DNA of 60,039 nucleotides, the filler included, from Hausera hauseri (Eukaryota), in the NCBI GenBank assembly GCA_046269625.1. It is 12 parts of 12 records of this genome, joined end to end, with 100 filler letters (N's around TTAATTAATTAA, not from the genome) between each part and the next. Parts side by side here need not be neighbours in the genome. Positions count along the whole stretch, not along the records: positions 1 to 4,521 come from JBJURY010542675.1; positions 4,622 to 8,749 come from JBJURY010743542.1; positions 8,850 to 12,789 come from JBJURY010871515.1; positions 12,890 to 16,874 come from JBJURY010759651.1; 8 more parts are not named here. One strand, written 5' to 3'. A program made the translations under genes and the position numbers. Shown here in pieces: positions 1-14,084 of the stretch. The notes under the pieces were generated by a model. It was not told where the DNA came from and did not search any database. It saw only the letters and a program-made list of their open reading frames with translations. Positions within the stretch are counted from its first letter, which is position 1. Each line of letters opens with the position of its first letter.

Positions 1-3000
1 TAGAATTCTCAATAATTAATTAGTGTAATGCATTAATTAAATGCATGAGTTTTACATATTACTTAATGTGATAATGTCATTTAATTTGCAGCATCGATTT
101 AATGATTGCTAATCAAAGATTAAAAAATTTAGAACACTGTTTGTTACATGAAGAGGAAGTGGTAAATTAAGTTATTGAATTGTGAATGATTTTCTTTTTA
201 TTATACAAAATTCAAGTATTAAGAAATTCATTCTATTTGCCTTGCTGCTGCCTATAAATGAATGAATCGTGATAAAATTTATCAATGGCCAGTGATGATA
301 CAACTTAAAATTAGTACCATTCTGAACGCTTTTGATCAAGCATATCGATCGATTCAACACAAATTTATGTAACTGTTAGGGTTCGTTAATAAATAAATGG
401 TCTATACACACTAATATTCAATCAATAATTCTAAATTCAATACTCAACATACCCACAATCGAACAACTCGAATTCAGAATACTCAATCTGAACAAACAAA
501 TGACACTGACATTCAATGAAGTTTCGAAAACAATGACATTGATAACTACATTGTCTGGTTAATGAATTAAAAGTACAGACAAGCCAGTTAACTAATTGCC
601 CGTCAATATCTAATTCTAATTTTAACAGTTAGCTTCATATACATCCCGGAGACTTAATCCAAAAGTCAGATTAAATGCACATGTAACCTGTGCAATTTGT
701 TAATTTCCAATAATCAAATTAACAAATCGCGTCCTGTACTAAACCTGATCCAAGAAAGCAAACATTCCTCACGACATTTCCCACTCAACGTACGGCACAT
801 TGACGACTTGAAACTCGCCCAGCCGGACAATTAAGCGGCTTAACTGCCAACAACATTTCCCTACGGTGACAGAAAAACCAACTTCGTCAAAAAGCACCCA
901 TAGATCTCCAACCGCCAATTACTAAGTACACACTGAAGTACGCGGCGGATTTCAAAAATCAAATATTAAATCAATATTTTATTTTTATACCCCGAGACGT
1001 TCAAGTACAAAAATGAATTTAAAAAGTTAAATAAAAAAAAATTGCAGCCTAAAAATTCTTTAATATTCACTGGCAGTATATAAACCGCTTTTGTTATTAC
1101 TCAAGTTCAGTGCATGTCATCACAAAGCAGTCATAATCCGAATTATTCATCCGAAGATTTATTCGAATCCAACAGTGTTTGTCCGTATTCTTATCAACAA
1201 CTATTATTCGGACCATTTTTCTCACCAATAGTTAGAGGTAACCTAGGAAACAACTAACCACAATATCCACTGATAATCCCATGGACCGAATGAACGAAAC
1301 TCTTGCATATGGAGACGAAAATACAGCTGGTATTTGTTATGAAATAAATCCTCAAAAGTAAAAATTGATGGGCTGATTTGTGTTTATCCCACGTGGAATT
1401 TCAGGATAGGTTATTGACGTGGAAATGACGATATTCACAAATCCGAACGAATGAAGACAGCAATGACAGACCCTTTTGATGACGGAGATGCCTCGAATCT
1501 ATCTGAATAATTCGAATGAGATAGTGGGCTGTAGCTGGATTATGTATATTGTGTCTCGTTCTAACCATGCCCCAAGATGTAACCTTGCTGATAATTGTAT
1601 GGCGAACGATGAAAATAATTATAAAGAGTTCCCAATGATTTGGTTTTTATTTAATATTTATGAGAATCTTACGTATAGACTACAAGTGTAGACGAATAAT
1701 TACATGGATAAATCATCACACTAAGCCACATAAACTAAATTCACTATGAAGTTAACCAACTCTCGACGACAGGTAGATCATATTACCAACGTCACTAAGT
1801 TAAAGGTATAATATTGAGATAGGATTTATTCGGAAACCTAAATTGAACTGCCTTTTACGAGGATCGATGGGAGGTCTACATCAATCAAATAATTCGACGA
1901 CTCAGAAATCATCTAATCAATATCATGGCTGAAAATTCGAATTATGCCCCACGATTGGAAGACAATATTGGTATTTATATATTTGTGTTTTAATTCCCGA
2001 ACAGAGGTTTTTATCGTTTGCCTTATAGTTATAATTCAGCATTTGAAGTTGATTATGGTTTGATATCGCTGTCTTAGCATTTGGGTTGCGGTTGTCGTCG
2101 AAATGTTACTGTTTAGTGTATATTTTGTCGTGAAATAAAAGTTTACTAAATTAAATGAAAGATCTGCCATTTATTTTGCGATTTTAGATTGGATATAAAT
2201 GGAGTAATCGCGCAATGACAAGTGCCTAAAAATGGGAAATTTACTAAAAAGGGACACTAATAATCCCAGTTTTATTCAAGGGGCATCGTGGAAATATTTT
2301 GGCATTGTCATCGAGATCTAACCATTGGCCTTATATATCCGCATTGAGCAGTCGTACGATGACGTAAGATGATACATACATGCTCCGAAATGAGAAAGGA
2401 AAAGAAGATCATAATGAATTGAGGGAAGATATTTGACTGATGAGTATATTATGCCTGGTCCGATATTCGAATCATAGTATATCGTGATTTAATACAGCAA
2501 GTGGGAAACAATGGAGTAGGCTATCGCTGCTGAATTATAAATTATCGGTGTTCTAAATTATTAATATTCGATTAAGTGTTGAGTGTATCTATTGGGGTAA
2601 TTGAGTGTTGCTTCAGAAGAAGTGAGACCCTGTTGTTGCAAATAGAATAGGCGAACGAACATTCTGGTGGAGATGTATATTAACAATTATGCCGGTTGAT
2701 GCCTGATCACAAGAGTCATATTTTATTTTGTGATGTTTCCAGTTATAAACAAAATGAGATAAATGTAGTTTGTTAAAGATTATATGGCAAATAATAGATA
2801 TGATCTTTGAGTAGTTCGGTCACAATTTAATATTTTATTTTAAAAGGTTTTGGAAACAGAGAGTCGTACATATATCATTAAATAATTATATAAATACCTT
2901 ATCATATCCCCAATGAATTTCATCATATATGCGAGCGTAACGACGTGTTTATGATTCTTATGTTAATAGGTACATGTACACGTTTCGAAAAAGAGAGTAA

Positions 3001-3739
3001 ATGATGGATCAGAGTGAGAAGAGAATCAGCAGTTCAACAATGGGAGATACCAGATTAACGGAGTAAAGCGAATGATCTGGCACATGAGAGGTAGATGGCG
3101 GAATACGCGAATGATATGATCCAGTAGTAAATACAACAATTATAGGATATAAGCTAGAACGACTCCTTTATCGAAAGAGTAAATTTCCTTTCTCAGATAA
3201 AAATGTCTTTGCTGACCATGGCGAATCTCAACGACATTGAAATATTTGAACGTGAAGATAGTCCGATTAGGTAGCCCATAGAGTACAATGCGAATTTCAT
3301 CGGAGAGTTTGTGTGATGCTAAATCGGCTGCGAAACTGAATAAATGGTTTGTAAGTATACACGTCGATAAATATAATATTTAATAAGATAAATAGTTCAC
3401 TTTCGTACGACGTCAAACCGGACGAAGTTGGAATATCGTCGAGTGTGCATAATTCAATAAATCTTCAAAATTATATTCAAATAGGTAAATGTTAATATAA
3501 TAAATAAACTTATATGTGTACGTATGAGACATACGCTAACGATACAGGAAGGTCGAGATATTTATGAAATTTAATGCACAGTCGAGTGTTGAGAGATAAA
3601 AAATTATATTCTTGGTTGGCCCGCAGATCTGGAATAGGAAGCATGTTTGGCGTTAATTCGGAAAAGTCTGGGTAGTTGTGAACAACCGGAGTGTAATTTG
3701 TACTGGAACCTATTCTCTGTTGTAATGTTTGGGAAAGCA

Positions 3740-4390
3740 ATAAACGCAATGCCACTTTATAGTTCCGAGAAAAACAAAATTTAAGAGAAACAAAATCTAA
3801 CGAATTGTGTATTGATCTAGAACGATGAAATTGCTTATGAATATTTAATGCATAATTACGTGTCAGGAAGTGAGAATTGTTCATTAATGGTCCACGAATT
3901 TGAATTAAAAACATGTTCCTACTGATCTGGAAGAATTTAAGCAATTACGAATATTCGGAATATAACCGCACTGGAACTGGTTTGAATTGTGGTCCATGGA
4001 AAGTTATAAACGTATTATGAACGTAACATCATCATATTATTTATGATAGGAATCGAATTAAACGTCTAGGTTTTTGGGATGCAACTTGATATATATACAT
4101 GTTTTGAAATATACACCATACGTTGGATACGTGTTTTTGGTTAGAAGTGAAATATACACCATACATTATTCTCTTGGTTAAAATTGAAATATATACTATA
4201 CATTATTCGGAAATTATCGCATATTTGAATTAAAGAAAAGGCAAAACATATATAAATTGAGGAAATCCACGCCATCAAAGCCATTTAGCTTCTTATTGAA
4301 ATTCCAACAACCAAAGGCGCAGGTATCTTGTATACCGAACCGCCCCCGGACTCCCCCTTCAGGTTTTTTAGGAACATTTATATGTTGTTA
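3740..4390 (-). repeat. Unclassified degenerate repeat family shared with contig 3 (about 11100-11345)
   Basis: CAAAGGCGCAGGTAT..GAACCGCCC.CGGACT..CCCTTCAGGTT..ATTTATATGTT at about 4312-4386 and 11272-11346; GTTCCGAGAAAA(A)CAAAATTT at about 3762 and 11129. Confidence 0.65.
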
Positions 4391-4521
4391 GAAATATCAA
4401 ATTATTCAGATACACGAGGGAAAGCAAATTCAATTCTACAGAACTAGCAACATATAAACTGGTGCCCCGAGTGAGGACACCATATTGCTAAAACAATCAA
4501 TAACTTCAAGGCAAAAGTCTT

Positions 4522-4621
4522 NNNNNNNNNNNNNNNNNNNNNNNNNNNNNNNNNNNNNNNNNNNNTTAATTAATTAANNNNNNNNNNNNNNNNNNNNNNN
4601 NNNNNNNNNNNNNNNNNNNNN
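4522..4621. other. Artificial contig spacer (44 N + TTAATTAATTAA + 44 N); also at 8750-8849, 12790-12889, 16875-16974, 21133-21232, 25942-26041, 30335-30434, 35567-35666, 43217-43316, 50660-50759, 55226-55325
   Basis: Identical 100-nt block with a six-frame stop linker occurs 11 times; gene content changes abruptly across each. Confidence 0.99.
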
Positions 4622-7600
4622 CTTTCTCAAAGTCGTTCTTGGCATTAGTCTGCAGCTTCGTATTGAGATATATGTATGACTGCAGCCACATGGACTGGTT
4701 GAACTGCAGGGCCCTGTAGATCTTAGTAATATGAAGTCCATGTCTAACTGCCTGTTGAAGATTGATGTAGTTGAGTACATACGTCCAGATGGTAAAGCAG
4801 CTTTCTCTGCTTTCCATGGGGCGGAGGCTTGCTCTCAGGGAGAAAAGGCAGATGTTGATGCCTTGAGTGGATGGAAGCCGGATATTCTATATCCATCTCC
4901 ACTATGTATCCCGTATCTTCGGTAGGATCCAGGTCCAATGTAGGGATGTTTTCAGGCTTCTCGACCCATTTGAAGTTATCATATGGCAATGGAACGCTTA
5001 TTGACCATCCATACTAGTTGTTGGCATTTAGGTATGATAGATATGAGGATTCCTTGGACGGATAATACTGGGTCATATAATTTTTGTTGGCCTCGCTATA
5101 CCGGTGAATGTCCTGGTATATTCCTCCTCTAATGACTCTTTCAATCATAAGGATCAAATCGTAATCCTTAATGATCTGCAGCCTTATGCTGGTATATCCC
5201 TGAATAGCTGCCTAGCTCATCTCCGGAGCCGCAAAGAAATAAGCCGAATCCAAAGCATGACTCTTCATTGTAAGATCCATGAAACTCTCAAAGACATCAG
5301 TCAGCAGCAGCACGTCCGTCGTGAGGTAATTATCATTGTATTCCCCTAATGTTCGGCATTGAAATGCTGCCATACATTTCGGGCATGCTGGTAGTCATCA
5401 TTACTGATATCGCAATCAGAGAGGGTATTGTAAAAGTCCTCCTTGGCCGGAAGTGAGGTCTCATCCAGTGTTTCACATGAAGTTATACAGTCATAGAGAA
5501 ACATTCCTTTCTTCTTGACTAGGTCAAATGAAATCTAAAATAATCGCTTCTTCTCCTTGAGTTCTTCTGCAGGGAGGGTCTTCACTAAACTATCCAGTGA
5601 AGACGACATGAAACGGAAACTGCTATAAACCGAATTTTGATTTTTTCAACATGCTTAGTAAAGGTGATGTACTTCTCCTCACTATTAGGGATTACATCAA
5701 TGTTTCCTTCAATGTTTCCCAGTTTCCGAACAATGAAGTAGAAATCATAGCCACTGAGATTATGGAACATTACAGGCACATATGTGCATGTTTTACAACG
5801 AAGATTGCAGTTGTTGCATGCTGCCTCTCGATATGCACCTGTAAAATGGCAGTGATCCTTGACTTTCCCATTTTCCTTGGTGAAGGACTTGTCGCACAAG
5901 TAACATGTTGTTGCCTTGCGCCATTCATCTTCTTGTTTCCACGACATGCTTATTGTATCCTTATGCTGCTGAAGCATGTTTTCAAGTCGTTTCATGAAAC
6001 GTGCTACTGCACCTGGACCTCTAAATAGAAATGGTTCACTGTCCAATCCTTTGACATACATGTAATATGATGAGAGTTTATGATATTGGTATGCTGTTGT
6101 GCTGCTATATTGGGGATTGGGAGTGCAACTCTGTACTGGTCTGAGAATAGCTTCAAAGTCTCAATAGGCGACAATTGGGACCTTGAGCTTCTTCTCGAAC
6201 TCCTTGAATTCAGTATAGTTTGCCTTGGGGAATTCTGGCCTGATACAGTAATTGTTGCTGCAGTACATTTTGCATTCTGCAAGCCTGTCCACTGCTGGAT
6301 CACCACTGAAATGGGACAAGCATCGTTTACATATTTCTATTTGTCCATGATGTTTCGTAATTTGGGATCTCACTAGACGTTCGAAGTTCTTGATGCAAAC
6401 ATAATGTGTCTTTTCCTCATCATCTAGTAGGAGCAGATCCATATGATCTTCCAATTCAGTATCGCATATCTGCAGGGGATATAATTTGTCCTCATTAGCG
6501 AATCCAATGATGTTGATGGATATATCGTTGATTCGACTGAACTTCTTGACTTCATCTATGGATGGTGGGAACTTAATACATTGGAAGTCATAGTTGTGAT
6601 GCACATCCTTATAACCAAACTCGTGAAGCATTATTTTGATCCCGTACGAGGTTTGATAGAATGGCATACATGAAACACTTGTTGTCGTTATTATGGACAT
6701 TTATGCCTACCTTTTTCCTTACGATCCAATCAGGGAGCCGGATATATGAACTACCCCACATGGGAGGGTACTTGTGAACATACACAAGCAATTTCTTGAT
6801 GGTTGCCAGAGTCCATCCACTCTTCTTATCTTGTCTCTCGTCGGCTTCACGGATCAGCTTCTCGTGCGCCTCTTGCAGTCATTCTGGTATATTAGTGTTT
6901 TCCTATATGGACCTGTTTTTGTTCTTGAAGGCCCTATTGGATTCTTCGCCGTAAACATTGATGTATGTGGCCTCCAGTTTCATATTAACCTAAGGGCCTT
7001 GAGCTCAGCTATGTTGTCCTGGAGAATTCCTTCTGTTTCTTCCTCTATGTACTCCAGGAACTCCTTGATGGTTGTTTGATCAGCTGCATCAATGACATAT
7101 TTGCGAACTTTTCTCTTTAATGCTGCCACATCAACTGGCCGCTCTTTTTGGGTTTTTGATGGAGCCGGTGCGTCTGATGTGGCCATGCCTGATGCTGCTG
7201 CGCATGATGCGGCTGCACGTTTCAATTCTCTAATATTCCTTCGCAGCTGCTGCATCAGATCCAGCAGCATAATGCGAGGCAGAATACTGCGAAGCGGATG
7301 CATCAATATTATGTTGCTCATTGTAGATGGCCTTCGTGGACTTTGATTCGAAGTGACTCAAATGATGTTTGTGATCATAATAGAGCTGTCTGTAATCTGC
7401 ACCGCATACAATCTCGCATTCCGAACATTTACAATATTGGATACTTTTGGATTTGTGTCCATAATACCGCTGCATCGTTTCATGTCACTGTTGCGGATTG
7501 TGCTTTGGATGTGCAATAAGCATAGGAACCTGACATTTGATTTGCTTTTGGGACACTTGTTGTCATTGGCATATTATTGTTGAATATTTCTTTCTTCGAT

Positions 7601-7770
7601 TTTGTGAACGAATCCAGATGCTGTTTATGTTGGTTGTAAAATTCCTCGTAACCGGTCCGGCACACTACCTCACATACAGGACATACATAGTATTGAGTCC
7701 TATTGTGCTGGTATCCAAAATAATTCTGCATCACACTGTGGCAATCCTGTTCCTCGTGTGTCTGCGCCAT
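4622..7770 (-). pseudogene. Maverick/Polinton protein-primed DNA polymerase B, frameshifted, 3'-truncated by contig end
   Basis: Colinear fragments: GSSYIRLPDWI..INVHNNDNKCF; HYVCIKNFERL; CYLC..KVKDHCHFTGAYREAACNNCNL (endonuclease VII-like Zn module); FHNLSGYD; YLNANN*YGWS (degenerate Pol motif A); [11 protein letters not shown]; [19 protein letters not shown]. Many stops and frameshifts. Confidence 0.92.
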
Positions 7771-8849
7771 ACAAAATTTGTAGAAGTTGCAAATTTAAAC
7801 AAATCAATTATTTGAGGAGCACAAATAACTAAACTCACCATTCTTGGAAGTAAATTTGGAAATAATGAAATATGTAGCCATGTCAACGCATACTACCTCG
7901 TTTATGGATTTTTTCGAACATTATAGAACACTTTGTCTTAATGCATTATTTACATGAACTTGTTTACATGATGCACTCGACTTGTCAATGTCATGCATAG
8001 ATGTACCAAAATTTGTTTTAATGCATCAAATACATCAATTTCTCCGCGCAAATTTAAAATTTCATCAAGGTTTTCATATATGGGAAATTTATTGTGCTCG
8101 TCAGGTTCTTCGAATAACGTACACTTTATCGATTTTTTTGAGTTTGGATCGATAATTATTCGATTTCGAATAATGTATTCGAATATGTAACACTAGATTC
8201 AGATTCACCATATATTGTTTCCTATCTACGTGCACCATTAGATTTATTGATTTCAGTGTGCTTCACCTCCAATTTCACTGTCAATTGTGCAATCAAAATA
8301 AGCACCGTTTAATTACTTAGTATTTTTGTCTACTTTTTACTTGTTATTAAACCTTGTTTCAATACACCGCGGTGCGCTGCACCGCGCTGATATTGATTGC
8401 TCTATAGGTTTCCACGCATGGGGAATCGTCATTAGATTCTTCAAATAATGCCTGCTTAACCAAATATTCGAGTTCGAATAGCTAAATGCTCGATTTGGTA
8501 ACTTGAATTCGAATATATAACATCATATTCCAATTCAACATGCATGACTTCCTATCCAGTCCCGCCATTAGATTTATTGATTTCTGCTTGACGGGGCTTT
8601 AAATGCACATTTTGCTTAATTCGAAATAATGATTTTTTATCTATATAGATTTCGGACGTGTGGCTCTCGGGAACTCCATCAGGAACCTCAGGGAATTCTA
8701 CGACTGAAAAGAAAAGGACAGCTGTGAAACCTGGCGAACCTCTACCTCGNNNNNNNNNNNNNNNNNNNNNNNNNNNNNNNNNNNNNNNNNNNNTTAATTA
8801 ATTAANNNNNNNNNNNNNNNNNNNNNNNNNNNNNNNNNNNNNNNNNNNN

Positions 8850-8965
8850 AGTGTCGTATTATCTAATTTCGGAAATTCCGAACGACGTTACAGTGGCGAA
8901 TTTTCTTAATAGAAAACGGCGAAACAGTGTCGTATCACCTAATTTCGGAAATCCCGAACGACGTA
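8850..8965. repeat. Two copies of a ~39-bp unit (76-bp period) with internal hairpin TTCGGA-AAT-TCCGAA, at contig edge
   Basis: AGTGTCGTATTATCTAATTTCGGAAATTCCGAACGACGT at 8850 and AGTGTCGTATCACCTAATTTCGGAAATCCCGAACGACGT at 8926. Confidence 0.8.
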
Positions 8966-10189
8966 TAAATACGTCATTGAATGAATAGGAATAACATTAT
9001 TAGCTCAATACAATTACTTGGCAAATACGAAGTACACGAAGAAACCAGACGTTAATTTCTGGTAAAAGATTGCATTACATCTTACAATACTTAATCAAAT
9101 GTAGATTCGAATACGATAAATTCCTCGAAGAAATTGACAAGGATTCTCTTGAACCGATATTCTGTGACCAATATTGAATTGATTACTTACTATAAATTCG
9201 AACTCTTTCATAAATGTTGACGTGATTGAAAATGATGAACCACAAGCGGTGGAGTCGAATGCCAATATTCAAAATAATGATAATCGAAGATATGACACGA
9301 GGCCAGCCTACCAAACAGAAACGACAAATGGTAAAGTGTTGCTTTGTTTTGTAATGTCGACCTATTATCCCTTACCAACTATTTAATAGAACAAGTATTG
9401 TATGTTTTTGTATTATAATAAAAATTTAAAGAAATAAATCAAATTGATGGATATGGATTTTAACGATTAGTAAAGAATCAGGCCCAATGGGTCAAACGAT
9501 AACGTCGGAAGAATGGAAAATAAATATGAACCGAGATAGATGAAAGTAAGTTCGTGGAACCCGATCACCCTGAGCGATGTATGGGTTATAAGAATGATAA
9601 TGTCTAAAAATAAAAACCCATTCCAAATCTAGTCTATTTGCTTCCGCAGTTAAAATTGCTTATAATTTGAGAAATTTTTAAAAATTAAATTTGAATTTTG
9701 ATAAACACACGAAGAGCTGAATCCAATGGAACTTACGGTGGAGAAACGAATTCGCGGACGCCTTGAGAGTAATCAGAAGCAAACTAAGTGGAACTTGGAA
9801 GCAACAAATCTGAAATAATGTTCGGACGATCGTGGACGTTCCATGAATACTATCCACTCTGCCAAGACTGGGCAAGTTGTCTTGATTTAATGATTTTGTG
9901 ATCTCAATTTCAAATGATATTGTTCTTAAAATACTTGGTCATTAGTCCTTTAAATTTATCCGAATTTTTATGATTGATACGAGGTTTGTGGTAAACGATT
10001 TTGTCGGTAATAAATTATGATGAACCAGAATTAAATTTGTAAATAATTACATATACGAAATGTCATCATTCAACCAATAGACTAAAATTCTGATGGATAT
10101 ATGCATGATTGGGTGAACCCCAAGAGTGGATTGGAGTTGGTGTATATGGTTTAGTTGGAGAACAATGGGTATACTGATACACGGATGTG

Positions 10190-10211
10190 TATATATATAT
10201 ATATATATATA
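10190..10211. repeat. (TA)n microsatellite
   Basis: About 11 TA units. Confidence 0.9.
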
Positions 10212-11424
10212 GATCTTGTGTTAATAATAATATGTGAGAGTCCTGTTCAGTGTTGACCCAGAGAGATTGGAGTAGTTGCTGGTGCCCGGTGTATATATAT
10301 AATCAAATGAAGAAAAACAGGTTCGACCATGACAGATTTTTCGATACAATTTAATACATGATTTTGACTAGAATTGGAGTGGATATTATGTACTGTTTTG
10401 GGGTTATCGCATATTTGATTTCTTTTAATAAATATGTAAATACATGCAATATGATGCGATCAATTTCGATTGTTTAGATTGGTGATCATAAAATCGATTA
10501 TAGACAGTTTAATGTAGTACGTCATTCCGGAAACCTTTGTTTATTTATATCATTGTCATAAAATATTATTGCAAGCCTATGAATGTATACGAAAGTCTGT
10601 GTAAATATAGTATCATCGTCATTAAATATTATTTAAAAATGATTAAGATAAGCCTCGTGATCTGGAAATTGTCACCATTGAGATGTTTGAGATAATGGGT
10701 AACGATGCAGTGCGTTCGTGGTTCTGTATAGCGTAATCCAAAAGGTTATCTAACTAAAGGATCTGAATTGAGTGGATCCACGAAGTACATTGGTACTGTA
10801 GAAAGGGATCATTGTAGGTTTAGTTTGAGTAATGCCATCACTTCTTATATCATAATCAGGCTATAAGGAGAATGGTGAATATAGACTGCTGGATCAAATG
10901 AGAAAGGAGAGACACTGTAAATTATATTTATATCTAGAACTCTGAGGATAACGGCATCGCATCCCTATGTTAAGTGTTGAAGCTCCAATATGCGAAATAT
11001 GAAGAATGTAGAAGAATCTAAATGATTATGAATGTTGAGAGGGTAGCCGTATTAAGACTCGTACTTATTGCAGACCGCAGAAAAACCCAAACATATTCCT
11101 TGAACTATAGATGCATTGCCATCATATTGTTCCGAGAAAACAAAATTTTATACACGTAAAGTCCTATCCCTGATTGGAATCGAAATACATGCCATACGTT
11201 GTCCAAAGACTATTGTATATATATTAAAAATATGAAATTACAGGACATGTACCATCGTCGAGACCATATAACAAAGGCGCAGGTATTTTACATACTGAAC
11301 CGCCCTCGGACTTACCCTTCAGGTTCTCCAAGAATATTTATATGTTACTACAAATAATGGAACGTTTGAATAAGCAGGATTCTATTTTATTCCCAACCCA
11401 GAATAGTAACATCATTTATTCAGT

Positions 11425-12789
11425 CATGAATGCTCTCCAAAGCATTGTGAGAGTTTACGAAGTTGGGCAGAGTTGGGAGTAAGGTTAAATCGAGGAATAA
11501 CTATTGACAAGCAAAATCAGAAAATAATGATTGCTGAAACTGTACATTGGCGCAATGTGTTTGAAAGATTACTCGCTATCATTCAGTTTTTAGCTGAACA
11601 CAACCTGCCTTTTCGAGGATCATCAGAAGTGGTTGGACAGAGAGATAACGGAAACTTTCTTGCCTTAGTAGAACTTATAGGAAAGTTCGATTCAGTCTTA
11701 CAAGAACACTTAAGACGAATCACTTCGGATGAAATCCATGATCATTACCTTGGAAAAAGAATCCAAAATGAATTGCTGGCGTTAATGGCGGACAAAGTTA
11801 AACGAACAATTTTAGATTCTGTTCGACAGGCCAAGTATTTCTCTATTATTCTTGACTGTACTCCAGACCAAAGCCATAAAGAGCAAATGTCTATCATAAT
11901 ACGCTTTGTAAATATGAATGGAGATGTTACTATCAACGAGCATTTCGTTGGATTTATTGTAGTCGACGATTCAACAGGTCAGGGCCTTACCAATGCTTTT
12001 CTGGATGAAATGAAGAAATGCGATCTTTCCATTACCAACTGCAGAGGGCAAGGATACGACAATGGAGCCAACATGAAAGCTAAAAACTCTGGCGTACAAC
12101 GAAGAATTCTGGATATGAATTCATTGGCTTTCTTTGTTCCTTGTGGTTGCCACAGTTTAAACCTTGCTGTTGCTGATGCAGCCAAATCCACAATTGCAGC
12201 AGCTTCTTTTTTCAGCTTACTTCAACAGATTTATGTTTTCTTCTCTGGATCCACCGCTCGTTGGCAAGTACTGAAGCAATATGTTCCTAGGCTAACAGTT
12301 AAACCTTTATCTGCAACTCGTTGGGAATCCAGAATTGACAGTATTGTACCAATACGGTATCAACTCGGCGAAGTTTATGATGCTCTGTTTGAAATTTCAG
12401 AAAAAGCGAACGACCCTTTAGCACGACATGAGGCTGCGACAATTGCCAACGCTCTGAAGGACTTCAAGTTTATCTTTTCGGTGGTTGTTTGGCATGATAT
12501 TCTTGGCCGAATAAACATTATCAGCAAGCTTATGCAGAATCCTACATTTGAATTATCCACTGTTGTAAGACTTATGGAAGAAATGCTATTCTTTTTGAAA
12601 TGCTACAGAGAAACAGGATTCGAAGAAGCTAAAAGAAAAGCTACAGAGCTTGCAGAAAGTGTAGACGCTGAAGCAGTTTTTCCAGTAGCAACACAAATTA
12701 GAGTTCGTCGGAAGAAGAGAATATTTAATTATGAATCAAGAGATGTTCCTATTGAGGATCCTGAAACTTGCTATCGCATCGAAAATTTT
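11425..12789 (+). mobile_element. hAT-family transposase (ZMYM1/DUF4371-like), open frame, truncated at both ends
   Basis: HECSPKH (end of TTF-type Zn finger), LPFRG, GNFLAL, IQNELL, FSIILDCTPDQSHKEQMSIIIRFV, GQGYDNGANM, CGCHSLNL, TRWESR; no stops across about 450 codons. Confidence 0.93.
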
Positions 12790-12889
12790 NNNNNNNNNNN
12801 NNNNNNNNNNNNNNNNNNNNNNNNNNNNNNNNNTTAATTAATTAANNNNNNNNNNNNNNNNNNNNNNNNNNNNNNNNNNNNNNNNNNNN

Positions 12890-13990
12890 TTATCGATGTT
12901 AACGACGCCGAAAATGTAGCATAAAATGTATCTTGGCCTCCGAACAGAAATTTAATGGGTTTTTAAAATTCGTCTACCGTATACACGGAAATACTGTGCA
13001 CAACATTGTGAGACAACGACAAATACATGGGCCGGATGATATCTACATGAGCAGTTCCGCCTCGTGTTTTGTATGTGTCCGAGTCCAGTGCATTATAAGC
13101 CAGTAATTTTTTGCGGTCTCCGCCAACATATACACGTTCGGTTAGATCCGTTAAAATACTGATTTGATGAAATGCTTCGTAGAGACGTGGTTTGTGTTTA
13201 GCAATAATGGGCCGTCCGCCACCGCAGCCGCCGGCTTGACCGAATTCTCGTTTCTTGAAACTCAGATTCCTTGCCAATAGTTTATCAAAGACCAAATATG
13301 TAACTCTATCGTGTAGTGTAATCAAAATACGATCATCAGAGTTTAATTCAAATGTCTTGAGAGCCAATTTAGCTACTGCCTTTATGGTTGCACACAATTC
13401 TGTTTCAGTTTCTGTAAGAAAATCAATTCCTTTTGTATGAGAGTAAAAGAATGATTGAGTTTTTGCCAGTTCACTGTAATATCGGTGGTTTTCGCAGTTG
13501 AAAAGTTCAATTTTTCACTAATTATACTTTGTTCAACGAGCTGTACACCTTTTGAGCGCACAGTGGCAGATGATTGAAAACCACATGCATGAGCGTCCGC
13601 TACTGATTTAAATTGCAATTTAATCGGACGTATGCGTTTTAGCCCCAATCGATTGTTTAAATGAAAAATATAAATTGGGAAATATTGCAGTTGGTAATTG
13701 CAAACGTGAAATGATCCATTAGAGTTTCGGACTAACTAAAAACGACTAGATGCAGGAGATTGTCTTACTAGGGTTAAGTATATTCCACTCTTTTCAGGTA
13801 TTGTTATTGGTGAATATGTAAACGTGAATTCCACCAAAGCCAATTCTCAACGTCCCTGCCGTAAGTCGAGCTGCTGGTCCGACGCCATGGTAAACCGATC
13901 AGCGGTATTGTTGTTGTCATGTTCCGATAATCTGTTACTATCAAGTATCAAATAAATGATTATCACTCCATCTGCGATGGAAATATCCAA
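12890..13990 (-). pseudogene. Maverick/Polinton minor capsid (penton) protein, disrupted
   Basis: N-terminal SN..NNNTADRFT..LDL..G*ELALVEF and C-terminal ILTDL..VYVGGD..LL..PMYLSL..HSISVYTVDEF.KPIKF..LHFRRR patterns typical of Polinton pentons; lies directly downstream of the integrase. Confidence 0.7.
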
Positions 13991-14084
13991 ATCGATGTAG
14001 TGTATCTGTGCTACTTGACGAGATATTGCTTATTCGAACTTTTGCCGAGTGAACGTAGAATTTCCTGAATTCGATACACATCAC

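Noticed and set aside
4104-4208. Three copies of TGAAATATACACCATAC-like motif
   Set aside because: Local tandem duplication within a decayed repeat; no further support for function.
4522-4621. Recurrent TTAATTAATTAA palindrome and ORFs ending in X-runs or 'LIN'
   Set aside because: Artificial concatenation linker; adjacency across spacers has no biological meaning.
8850-8965. CRISPR-like repeat-spacer-repeat with palindromic ~39-bp unit
   Set aside because: Only two imperfect copies at a contig edge, no cas genes, eukaryotic TE context; more likely a minisatellite.
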